The notes under the pieces are model-generated. The model was not told where the DNA came from, made no database searches, and worked only from the letters and a program-made list of their open reading frames with translations. Made by a program: the position numbers and the translations under genes. DNA of 64,000 nt from a virus (lineage: Duplodnaviria > Caudoviricetes). Location: positions 1 through 64,000 of the IMG/VR virus record IMGVR_UViG_3300044656_000252, one strand, 5' to 3'. Below are positions 9,106 through 17,098 of this stretch, one piece after another. How positions within the stretch are numbered: position 1 is the first letter of the stretch; every line of letters begins with the position of its first letter.

Positions 9106-9950
9106 GCGCTGGTCCTCCGCTCCACGGCCGCGCAACAGCACCGCTCGGGATCGGGCTCGTCGTAGCCCTCCTCGATGTCGGCGAGGCACGACGAGCAGCA
9201 CCGGCCCTTGTGCAGCTCACTGTCGATGTAGAACCGCTCCCAGTAGGTGGGCCACTGCCACCGCAACTGGCCGCGGTACTCGGCGAACCACCGCAGTTGG
9301 CTCTGCGGTCCCCATGAGGCCACAACCTCGGGCACGACGCCGTCGACCGGCGGCACGTACCGCTGCTCGTCCAACAGCGACGGTGCCGCATCCTCCGCCG
9401 GCTTCCCGCCGAACTGCGGCACCACCGTCGCCCTGATCGTGCACGTCGTCGTGAAGTCGTCGCCCGGCGGGGACTCCCACCGCGGACCGTCGACCAGCAC
9501 CACCATGCAGCCCCGCTCAGCAGCCTCGCGGTGCATCCGCGTGAGCATCGAGGACTCCATGAACTGATCGAACCCATCGGCCAAGCGCCGCTCGGCCACG
9601 CACACCTCGCGGCCGGTGAGCACCTGCCGTGCTGGCCATTCCCGCCGCACGTGCGCGACGAACGCCTCCAGCAGCGGATCGGTCACCACCGGCAGCTGCG
9701 ACTCGTCCGAGCCGTACAGCACGTACGCCCACGCCCCGCCGCGGTGCTCCCTCCGGTAGGCCAGGTCCGGCGGCCGACTCAACACCTCGCCCGGATCACG
9801 CGGCACCAGCGAGAACTGCGGCGGGACAGCGCGGTAGACCGTGTGCAGGACCGGGTAGTCACCGATCAGCGCATCCTCAACGGCCGCCACCCTCTCGGTC
9901 TGGCCGTCGTACGCGCCACCGACGAACCGCACCGCGATCGTCGCGCTCAC
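9102..9950 (-). CDS. Hypothetical protein with C-terminal Cys cluster
   Basis: Coupled ORF; CCSSC...CCC. Confidence 0.65.
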   Translation of the reverse strand: MSATIAVRFVGGAYDGQTERVAAVEDALIGDYPVLHTVYRAVPPQFSLVPRDPGEVLSRPPDLAYRREHRGGAWAYVLYGSDESQLPVVTDPLLEAFVAHVRREWPARQVLTGREVCVAERRLADGFDQFMESSMLTRMHREAAERGCMVVLVDGPRWESPPGDDFTTTCTIRATVVPQFGGKPAEDAAPSLLDEQRYVPPVDGVVPEVVASWGPQSQLRWFAEYRGQLRWQWPTYWERFYIDSELHKGRCCSSCLADIEEGYDEPDPERCCCAAVERRTSA

Positions 9951-10444
9951 GGCGTGTCCCCGACGTTCCACTCGGCCGCCAGGACCTCCACCATCCGAGT
10001 CGGCTTGCCCAAGCCGGACAGCCGCGGCAGACGGTCCTGCCATGGGTACGCGGCCATCTCCTGCCAAGCCTCCCGGAAGTCCACGACCTGCTGCTGCATT
10101 CGCACCGGCCACCGCTGCACGAACCACCGCAGCCACCACGACTCGCTGTGGCGCTGCTTCCAGTGCTGCCACGGCGTCGCCGGCCACTCGACCGCCTTCG
10201 TCCGGGTCACCTCGTGCTCGGCAAGCGGATGCGTCAGCACGAACGCCTTCAGCTTCAGCAAGATCAGCTCGGAGCAGAAGCCGAGCGCGTCGTCGATGGA
10301 CAGCTCGACACCCGTGACGCCGGGCGGGATGGCCACCTCGCGCGACAGCGGCTGGTAGAACCCCAGCTTCTTCCACTCCAGCACGTACTTCTGCGGCGCC
10401 GGCCCCTGCGGCTCCGGGCTCTCGGGCGTAAACCAGTCAGGCAC
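9947..10444 (-). CDS. Hypothetical phage protein
   Basis: ORF track; SD GGAGG; coupling. Confidence 0.65.
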   Translation of the reverse strand: MPDWFTPESPEPQGPAPQKYVLEWKKLGFYQPLSREVAIPPGVTGVELSIDDALGFCSELILLKLKAFVLTHPLAEHEVTRTKAVEWPATPWQHWKQRHSESWWLRWFVQRWPVRMQQQVVDFREAWQEMAAYPWQDRLPRLSGLGKPTRMVEVLAAEWNVGDTP

Positions 10445-10676
10445 TCTGCGCCTCCTGCTCCGGTCGCCGCGCCTGCCAGATCCGCTGGGCGTGCGGCCGG
10501 TACATCGCCGCCACCCGGTCCGCCTCCGCCACGGGGATCAGCACGTCCCGGCCGCCGGGCCGCTCGGCCGCGATGTGCTTCTGCCTCACGTGGTAGAGCA
10601 CGTTCTGCGGGGTGACGCCAAGACGCTCCGCCAACTGCCTGGGAGTGACGTACCCCGTCTCGTTCTGCGGATCCAT
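10437..10676 (-). CDS. Excisionase/MerR-like HTH DNA-binding protein
   Basis: YVTPRQLAERLGVTPQNVLYHVRQKHIAAERPGGRDVLIP. Confidence 0.8.
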   Translation of the reverse strand: MDPQNETGYVTPRQLAERLGVTPQNVLYHVRQKHIAAERPGGRDVLIPVAEADRVAAMYRPHAQRIWQARRPEQEAQSA

Positions 10677-10863
10677 GGCACCGCCTTTCATGCGCGAAAA
10701 CAATCGGTGCCACGCACAACGAAACGGTGTCAACAGTCGCGGCGGCCGACGGCTCTCGGCCTACGCTAACCCACAGACAAACGCCGCCAGCACGCTGACA
10801 CGCCACGGTTTGGTAACACGAACACGGTGGCGATAACGCGTAGCGAATGGATAGGAGCGCACC

Positions 10864-11112
10864 GTGAGCGAAGTTGAAAACACGGACAAAGACATCACGC
10901 AGGCAGTGCTCTGCGTACTCGTCGCCCGCGCCGGAGGAACCGCCAGCATCCGCCCCAACGAATTCCTCCCCGACAACCACCAGGTCCGCGCCACCCAACT
11001 CCCCACGGGCACGCTGCATCTCGAACTCGTCGCCCTCCAGCCCGCCACCAGCACAGACGCGCCCACTCCGTCCACGGCGGACGCCGACGCCCTCATGCAC
11101 CTCGGCGGGTGA
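10864..11112 (+). CDS. Hypothetical protein
   Basis: SD AGGAG; ORF track. Confidence 0.6.
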   Translation: MSEVENTDKDITQAVLCVLVARAGGTASIRPNEFLPDNHQVRATQLPTGTLHLELVALQPATSTDAPTPSTADADALMHLGG

Positions 11113-11146
11113 TACTGGCCAGGGAAACAACGACGGGGAGGCGTGA

Positions 11147-11377
11147 ATGCCCAAGGAACACGGACACCGCAAATCGCCAGGTCCAGCCCACTCGCAAGCT
11201 CAGTGGCGATGGATGTTCGCCACGAAGAAGCCCTTCGCGCACCGCTGGGCCGAGCAGATCGTCGCCGAGCGCGGAAAGAAGACTGGTTACCGCTCACTCC
11301 CCAAGAACAAGGCCGGGCACGGAACCACAAGGACACGCGCCGCGCGAATCCGGGCCGCACTCACACGTAACAAATAG
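11147..11377 (+). CDS. Small basic phage protein (SQAQWRWMFATKKPFAHRW type)
   Basis: SD GGGAGG; resembles small basic phage proteins (recalled, not searched). Confidence 0.7.
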   Translation: MPKEHGHRKSPGPAHSQAQWRWMFATKKPFAHRWAEQIVAERGKKTGYRSLPKNKAGHGTTRTRAARIRAALTRNK

Positions 11378-11412
11378 CACGCCGGCAAACGGAACGTAGG
11401 AGGTGGAACGCG

Positions 11413-11952
11413 ATGGCCGGGGGAATCCAGCCCTACCGCAAGCCCCGCTACACCAACGCACACTTCGCCGAAGAACAACGCATCTGCTACGAGCTGTACC
11501 TCGCCGGCCACAACCTCCGCGAGATCGCCGAGCTCACCGGCCTGTCCAAGACCACCGTCAGCCGGCGCCTGGAGTGCGAGATCCGGGAGACCGTCGACCC
11601 GCTTCGCGAGCAGTACCGCCGCGTCCAGCACGACCGCCTGGAGCGGCTGTTCAACCGGGCCGTCGAGATCATCCGCACACCGCACCCGCTCGTGTCGGAC
11701 GGCCGCGTCGTGCGTGGCCCGGACGGTGCACCGCTGGAGGACCCCGGCGTGACGCTCGCGGCGATCGGCCGGGCCGAGTCGTTGGTGGGTCGCATGATGC
11801 GCCTCCACGGCACGGAGGGCGCGCTGAAGGTCGACGCGACGCTGACGGAGACGACGCAGCAGGACCTCGAACTGATCGACATGGTGAACAAGGCCAAGGC
11901 CGACGCCGCGCTGGCCGAGGCCCGGTTGAAGGGCGGCGTCGATGGCAGCTGA
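11413..11952 (+). CDS. Probable terminase small subunit
   Basis: N-terminal HTH (LREIAELTGLSKTTVSRRL), helical body, position upstream of TerL. Confidence 0.75.
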   Translation: MAGGIQPYRKPRYTNAHFAEEQRICYELYLAGHNLREIAELTGLSKTTVSRRLECEIRETVDPLREQYRRVQHDRLERLFNRAVEIIRTPHPLVSDGRVVRGPDGAPLEDPGVTLAAIGRAESLVGRMMRLHGTEGALKVDATLTETTQQDLELIDMVNKAKADAALAEARLKGGVDGS

Positions 11953-12241
11953 CTGGGACCGCGTGGTGGAACTGGCCCGCGTGTCGAGTGCGAACCCTGT
12001 CGCGGCGGCGGTGCTGCGGCTGCATCACGAGGAGTACGGCAGCTGCGCGGAGTGCGCTGGCGAGAACCCGCAGCCGTGGCCGTGCCGGACGGTGCAGGCC
12101 ATCGAGGAAGCCGTGAAGGCGGCGGCCACGGCCGAGCTCGACTTCCAGATGGCGATAGCCCAGGCGCAGGCGGAGTTCTGGGGCCGGTGGGCGGACGCGG
12201 AGTTGAAGGACGCCAAGCCGAAGGAGCCGACTGATGGCTGA
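11942..12241 (+). CDS. Hypothetical protein with H..CxxC..WPC motif
   Basis: LHHEEYGSCAECAGENPQPWPC. Confidence 0.65.
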   Translation: MAADWDRVVELARVSSANPVAAAVLRLHHEEYGSCAECAGENPQPWPCRTVQAIEEAVKAAATAELDFQMAIAQAQAEFWGRWADAELKDAKPKEPTDG

Positions 12242-12701
12242 CCACCCGACGCCGGCGCACGAGCAGCGACTAACGCTGCACATCCTCGCCCACGTCCCGG
12301 AGCACCAACCCCGCGAGTCCGACCCGCACTACCACCTGTTCATGCAGGCCAAGGCTCGGCTCCATCGGCAGGGCCTGTGGAAGTGCGTCATCGGCGACGA
12401 CCTGTGCGGCGGCCCGATCGAGCTGCACCACTCCCACATCGAGTTCTCCGAGGTCAACAACATGGACCCGGACAAGGTGGCCGAGGCGTTCGGGCTGCAC
12501 TTCGAGTCCGACGCCGACTTCCAGGCGTGGATTGAGGGACCGGGAAACCTGGAGCCGCTGTGCGCGACGCACCACCGAACGCACCTCGGCGTGCACGTGC
12601 TGCCGGGCCCGTTCTGGGAGCCGCTGCGGTATCGGCGCGCGGGTGCGCCGCCGCCGGCCGAGTTCGTGCCGGCCAGCGAGTGGGGCAAGACCCATGGGTG
12701 A
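12234..12701 (+). CDS. HNH-like endonuclease (packaging-associated candidate)
   Basis: C..C...ELHH...GNLEPLCATHHR...GVH; lies between TerS and TerL. Confidence 0.65.
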   Translation: MADHPTPAHEQRLTLHILAHVPEHQPRESDPHYHLFMQAKARLHRQGLWKCVIGDDLCGGPIELHHSHIEFSEVNNMDPDKVAEAFGLHFESDADFQAWIEGPGNLEPLCATHHRTHLGVHVLPGPFWEPLRYRRAGAPPPAEFVPASEWGKTHG

Positions 12702-13212
12702 GGCGGGGAAGCCCCCGCTGCGGCCGGCGACCGCCGAGGACGTGGCGGCGTACCGCCAGGCGCACGGCGTCCGCTCTCGCGCGGTGTGGATACGGCCGGC
12801 TGTGTTCGGCTCGTTCGACGGTCTCGTCAGCGTGCTCGGCGTCCTGTTCACCCTCGGAGGCCACCAGCAGCTCGTGTTCTGGATCGCCCTCGGCCTCGGC
12901 GCCGCCGAATGCGTCGGCATGACCGCGGGCGAATGGTTGTCGGACTCCCGCAACGGGTTCGGCGCCGCCGCGGTGATCGGCGGGGCGACCATGGCAGGCT
13001 CGGTCGCGCCGGCGGTGCCGTACCTGCTGCTCTCCGGGCGCCCGGCGGTACTCGCCTCCGTCGCCGTGCTCGTCCTCGTCGGGCTGGCCATCACCGCGCT
13101 CCGTGCCGCCGAGCGCGGCTGGAAGCGGGCGGTGCTGGAGACCTACGGCATCCTCGCCGTCGCCATCGGCGCAGTCGTCGCCATCCAACTCCTCACCCCG
13201 GCAGGTGCCTGA
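12694..13212 (+). CDS. Minimal VIT1/CCC1-family metal transporter
   Basis: RPAVFGSFDGLVS and GMTAGEWLS motifs; about 5 TM helices. Confidence 0.8.
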   Translation: MGEAGKPPLRPATAEDVAAYRQAHGVRSRAVWIRPAVFGSFDGLVSVLGVLFTLGGHQQLVFWIALGLGAAECVGMTAGEWLSDSRNGFGAAAVIGGATMAGSVAPAVPYLLLSGRPAVLASVAVLVLVGLAITALRAAERGWKRAVLETYGILAVAIGAVVAIQLLTPAGA

Positions 13213-13427
13213 TGGTCCTCGTCATGCACATGCGCAACGGCGACGCAGTCACGTACAGCCCGAGTGACGCCCAGGCAGCTCGGCTGATCAGCGGTCTCCA
13301 GCAGTACGGCTTCAGCTACAGCAACCTCACGATCGACGACGGCTCGGACGGCCAGCGCCTGGTCAACCTCGCCGCCGTCGACTGGATCGAGGTCAAGGGG
13401 GTGCCCAGTGCTGCGCCTACGCCGTGA
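13212..13427 (+). CDS. Hypothetical protein (71 aa)
   Basis: TGATG coupling. Confidence 0.55.
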   Translation: MVLVMHMRNGDAVTYSPSDAQAARLISGLQQYGFSYSNLTIDDGSDGQRLVNLAAVDWIEVKGVPSAAPTP

Positions 13428-14046
13428 CCTCCTGGACGCCGTGGTCGCCCACTGTCGCGCCGAAGCACCCCTCGAAGCGTGCGGCGTGCTCGCCGGCCGC
13501 GACGGCGTGCCCGAGCGGCACATCCCGATGCGGAACGCCGAAGCCTCTCGCACTCGCTACGCCATGGACCCCGACCAGCAGCTCGCGGTGTGGCGGGAGA
13601 TGGACGAGCGCGGCGAGCAGCCGGTGGTCATCTACCACTCCCACCCAGCCACCGAGGCCAAGCCGTCGGCGCCGGACGTGCGGTTCATGGCCGAGCCACG
13701 CAGCCACTACGTCATCGTCTCGCTCCGCGGCGAGTTGCCGGAGGTTCGGTCGTGGCGCATGGCCGCTGGCGCCGGCGTGGTGTGCGCCGGCGCGGTGACC
13801 GAGGAACCGATCGACGTCATCCACAGAGGGGAGTGGAAGACCGAGTACTTCCACGTCGGCTACATGGACGGCTCCCTGTGGGTCACCGACATTGACGGCG
13901 GCCCAGACGACGGGTGGCTCATCGTCCCGCACGGCGGCCTCGACGACCTAATAGCCGCCCTCAAATCGGCACGGAGAGTGACCGTCGACCGCCGGTTCTC
14001 GCTGTCGAGTGTCTCGGCGCACGGGGCTGAGACCCGTACCCACTAG
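13408..14046 (+). CDS. JAMM/MPN+ (M67, Mec/CysO-cysteine peptidase-like) metalloprotease with C-terminal extension
   Basis: EACGVLAG...MRN...YAMDP...IYHSHPATEAKPSAPD: intact E/HxH/S/D JAMM motif. Confidence 0.9.
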   Translation: MLRLRRDLLDAVVAHCRAEAPLEACGVLAGRDGVPERHIPMRNAEASRTRYAMDPDQQLAVWREMDERGEQPVVIYHSHPATEAKPSAPDVRFMAEPRSHYVIVSLRGELPEVRSWRMAAGAGVVCAGAVTEEPIDVIHRGEWKTEYFHVGYMDGSLWVTDIDGGPDDGWLIVPHGGLDDLIAALKSARRVTVDRRFSLSSVSAHGAETRTH

Positions 14047-14070
14047 TAACAAGTGAACGGAGCGTAACGA

Positions 14071-14352
14071 GTGGCCGGCGCACTGATCGATCACTTCACC
14101 GACCTCATGCGGGCGGTCTGGCACGGACAAGCAGAGCGCCCCGAGGTCATCAAGCTCACCGCCGAGCAGCGCGAGGAACTCCGCGCCGCTGGGCCGCCGC
14201 CCGCGCCGGAACCCTACGGCCAGCCCGGCGGATCCGGCTGGGCCGCGCTGACGGGCGTGCCGGTCGTGCTCGTCGACACCGTCGAGGAGTCCACGCCCTA
14301 CGAACGCGGGTGGCTCACCGCCCACCGCGAGGAACAGGAGATCGCCCAGTGA
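14071..14352 (+). CDS. Hypothetical protein
   Basis: ORF track; GGAG upstream. Confidence 0.6.
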   Translation: MAGALIDHFTDLMRAVWHGQAERPEVIKLTAEQREELRAAGPPPAPEPYGQPGGSGWAALTGVPVVLVDTVEESTPYERGWLTAHREEQEIAQ

Positions 14353-14621
14353 CCAGCCCAGTCGTCCGCCTCGGCGCGGACGTCCTCTACACCCTCACCG
14401 CCGCCGACGCCGCCGCCATCGACGAGCGCTACCCGATGCCGCCGCCGTTCGCCACGCAGACCCGCAGCGAGGTCACAGCCGGCGAGGTGCTGCCCGCCGT
14501 CGTGACCAAGATCGGCGCGACCACACAGAACCTCAAGGTGCTGCTCGACGGTGCCGGCGCGTACTGGGCGCAGAACGTCGCCGAAGGCACCGGGCCCGGC
14601 ACCTGGGCATGGCCAGCGTGA
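14349..14621 (+). CDS. Hypothetical phage protein
   Basis: GTGA coupling. Confidence 0.6.
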   Translation: MTSPVVRLGADVLYTLTAADAAAIDERYPMPPPFATQTRSEVTAGEVLPAVVTKIGATTQNLKVLLDGAGAYWAQNVAEGTGPGTWAWPA

Positions 14622-15037
14622 CGCGCGCCAGCTACCTCAGCCCGCCCGACTTCCACCGGCTCAACTGGGCGTGCCGTCCGATCACGGAAGCGTTCGGGGA
14701 ATGCCCATACCTTGTCGGGTCGGCGCTGACCCGACCGGACTTCCGGGACATCGACATCAGGCTGATCTTGGACGACGAGGTCGTGGAGCGCATGTTCTGC
14801 GCGGAGTCGTTCGGCGTCCACCAGGGCGGCGACCCGGGCGCGGTGCGGCTTCTGCTGAACATCGCCCTGTCCGACCTCATCGCCCGCGCGGCTGGCTTGC
14901 CGTGGCCGATCGACTTCCAGATCCAGTCCATGTCGGAGGCCAACGTCCCCGAACACGACGGTGTCCGGAACCCGATGGGCGTGCGGCGAACACCGCCCGC
15001 ACCGAAGGTTGGCCAGACCGAGGGGGAGGCAGGATGA
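14618..15037 (+). CDS. Minimal nucleotidyltransferase (Pol-beta superfamily)
   Basis: YLVGSAL..PDFRDIDIRLIL (GS + DxD) and downstream IDFQ third acid. Confidence 0.75.
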   Translation: MTRASYLSPPDFHRLNWACRPITEAFGECPYLVGSALTRPDFRDIDIRLILDDEVVERMFCAESFGVHQGGDPGAVRLLLNIALSDLIARAAGLPWPIDFQIQSMSEANVPEHDGVRNPMGVRRTPPAPKVGQTEGEAG

Positions 15038-15378
15038 GCGAGCCCGAGATCGACACGCTGAAGAAGGCCATCCGCGAGGAACTCGGCTGCCTCTGGAGCG
15101 ACCTCCACGACGCGCAGCAGAGCGGCATCCGCACCGACTGGTCCATCAAGTGCATCAACCTCGCCGAGCGGATCACCGACCTGACCAAGCTCGTCGGACC
15201 CACGCCATGGGACGAGGTGCCCCTGCCGGTGCTGGAGAACGGCGTCTACCAACGCGTCCTGGCCTCGATCGGCATCACCGCCGACGTCGACATGGCGAAG
15301 GTGGCCGAGGTGCGGGCCAGCATCGACGAACGTAACCGCCGCACGCTGGCTCATGTCGAGCGGATCAGACAGCGGTGA
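15034..15378 (+). CDS. Helical hypothetical protein with C-terminal RNRRTLAH
   Basis: SD GGAGG; ATGA coupling. Confidence 0.65.
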   Translation: MSEPEIDTLKKAIREELGCLWSDLHDAQQSGIRTDWSIKCINLAERITDLTKLVGPTPWDEVPLPVLENGVYQRVLASIGITADVDMAKVAEVRASIDERNRRTLAHVERIRQR

Positions 15379-16979
15379 CTGCGGTCCAGGATCCCGAGCC
15401 GACCCTCGATCCGGCAGACCCGGCGTCGGGGGTCGGCTTCAACCTGGACGCGTACCTCGCGCAGTTCGACCCGCGGATGCTGGAGATCGCCGAGTGCCGG
15501 CGGCTCCTCACCAAGTACGACCCGCTCTTGTTCGCCTTGCTGTATCTGCCGCACCACCTGCGGGGTAAGGAGACCGGCGAGCGCATCACGTTCAGCGAGT
15601 TCCACCTGGACGTCGTCGTCGAGGCGAAGAAGTGGGCGCTCCCATCCGACAACCCGGCGGAGGACCGGGATACCTACGTCGGCCCCCGCGGCGTCGGTAA
15701 GAGCACCTGGTTCTTCCTCGTGCTGCCCCTCTGGTCCGCGGCGCATGGGCACCGCCGGTTCTGCGCCGCCTTTGCACACTCCGCCACGCAGGCCGAGTTG
15801 CACCTCCAGACGTTCAAGCGCGAGCTCGACCAGAACGCGTTGCTGGCGCTGGACTTCCCCCAGCTGTGCACGCCGGCCCGCCGGCCGCGCGGAAGCACCG
15901 AGTCCGACAACCGCGGCATGCTGATCACCAAGTCCGGGTTCGTGTTCGCCGCCCGCGGTGTCGACGGCGCCGCCCTCGGCATGAAGGTCGCCGAGCGGCG
16001 GCCAGACCTGATCGTGCTGGACGACGTCGAGCCCGACGAGTCGAACTACTCGCCATATCTCAAGGAGAAGCGGCTCTCCACACTGCTCGACGCGATCCTG
16101 CCGCTCAACGTCTATGCCCGCGTGGTCCTGGTCGGCACCGTCACCATGCCGGGCTCCATCGTGCACGACTTGGTCAAGACCGTCACCAAGCCCGGCGAGG
16201 AACACCCGCCGTGGATTGCCGACGAGCACTGGCGAGTCCACTACTACCCGGCGATCGTCCGCGACGACGAGACTGGCGTCGAGCGGAGCCTGTGGCCGGC
16301 GAAGTGGCCACTGGCCTACCTCGAATCGATCCGGCACACCCGCGCCTACAAGAAGAACTACGCCAACGACCCCATGGGTCGGGACGGTGAGTACTGGCGC
16401 GAAGAGGACTTCGTCCACGCCACCGTGCCTGCACTCACGCACCAGCTGCTGTCGATTGACCCGGCGGTCACCGACAAGGGCAAGAGCGACTTCACCGCGC
16501 TGGCCGTCGTTGCCTACTCGGCGCACCACCGGCGGGTCGTCGTCCGCTACGCCCACGCCCGGCGCGTCCAGCCCGGCGAGCCGCTCCGCAAGTGGGTGCT
16601 GGAGGTGCTGGAGGAGTTCCCGGAGACGCGCGGCGTGGTGGTCGAGACGAACCAGGGCGGCCAAGTCTGGCGGGACAGCGTCCTCAAGGGACTCCCGCTG
16701 CCGATCAAACCGGTGCACCAGGGCGAGGCCAAGGAGGTCCGGGCCGCCCGCGCCCTGAACTGGTACCAGCGCCGCCGGCCGGACGGGCTGCCGTACGTCG
16801 TACACGAGCGTCCGCTGACGCAGGCCGAGGAGCAGATGGTCGGCTTCCCCAAGGGCGCGCATGACGACCTGGTGGATGCGATTGGCACCGGCATCGACAT
16901 GTTCCTCAAGCCGGGCAAGAAGTCGAAGGTCACCGTGCTGCCGCCGGCTGGGTTCGATGCCGATGACATCGCCTCTTGA
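15375..16979 (+). CDS. terL: Terminase large subunit
   Basis: Walker A GPRGVGKST, Walker B LIVLDD, nuclease SIDPA..SDFTA..HDDLVDA. Confidence 0.95.
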   Translation: MTAVQDPEPTLDPADPASGVGFNLDAYLAQFDPRMLEIAECRRLLTKYDPLLFALLYLPHHLRGKETGERITFSEFHLDVVVEAKKWALPSDNPAEDRDTYVGPRGVGKSTWFFLVLPLWSAAHGHRRFCAAFAHSATQAELHLQTFKRELDQNALLALDFPQLCTPARRPRGSTESDNRGMLITKSGFVFAARGVDGAALGMKVAERRPDLIVLDDVEPDESNYSPYLKEKRLSTLLDAILPLNVYARVVLVGTVTMPGSIVHDLVKTVTKPGEEHPPWIADEHWRVHYYPAIVRDDETGVERSLWPAKWPLAYLESIRHTRAYKKNYANDPMGRDGEYWREEDFVHATVPALTHQLLSIDPAVTDKGKSDFTALAVVAYSAHHRRVVVRYAHARRVQPGEPLRKWVLEVLEEFPETRGVVVETNQGGQVWRDSVLKGLPLPIKPVHQGEAKEVRAARALNWYQRRRPDGLPYVVHERPLTQAEEQMVGFPKGAHDDLVDAIGTGIDMFLKPGKKSKVTVLPPAGFDADDIAS

Positions 16980-17098
16980 ATCGTGCGCAAACAATTCTCG
17001 ACAGCATTGTTTTCACACACTGCTAATGTTGCGGTCCGTTACCGGAATAGCCGCACAGCGCGTTTACCCTGTGCATATCCGCGCACAGGAGGACGCCC

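Noticed and set aside
13408-14046. Lambda gpK-type tail assembly JAB protein
   Set aside because: No NlpC domain, no adjacent gpI-like ubiquitin fold, far from the tail genes, and the sequence is Mec-like.
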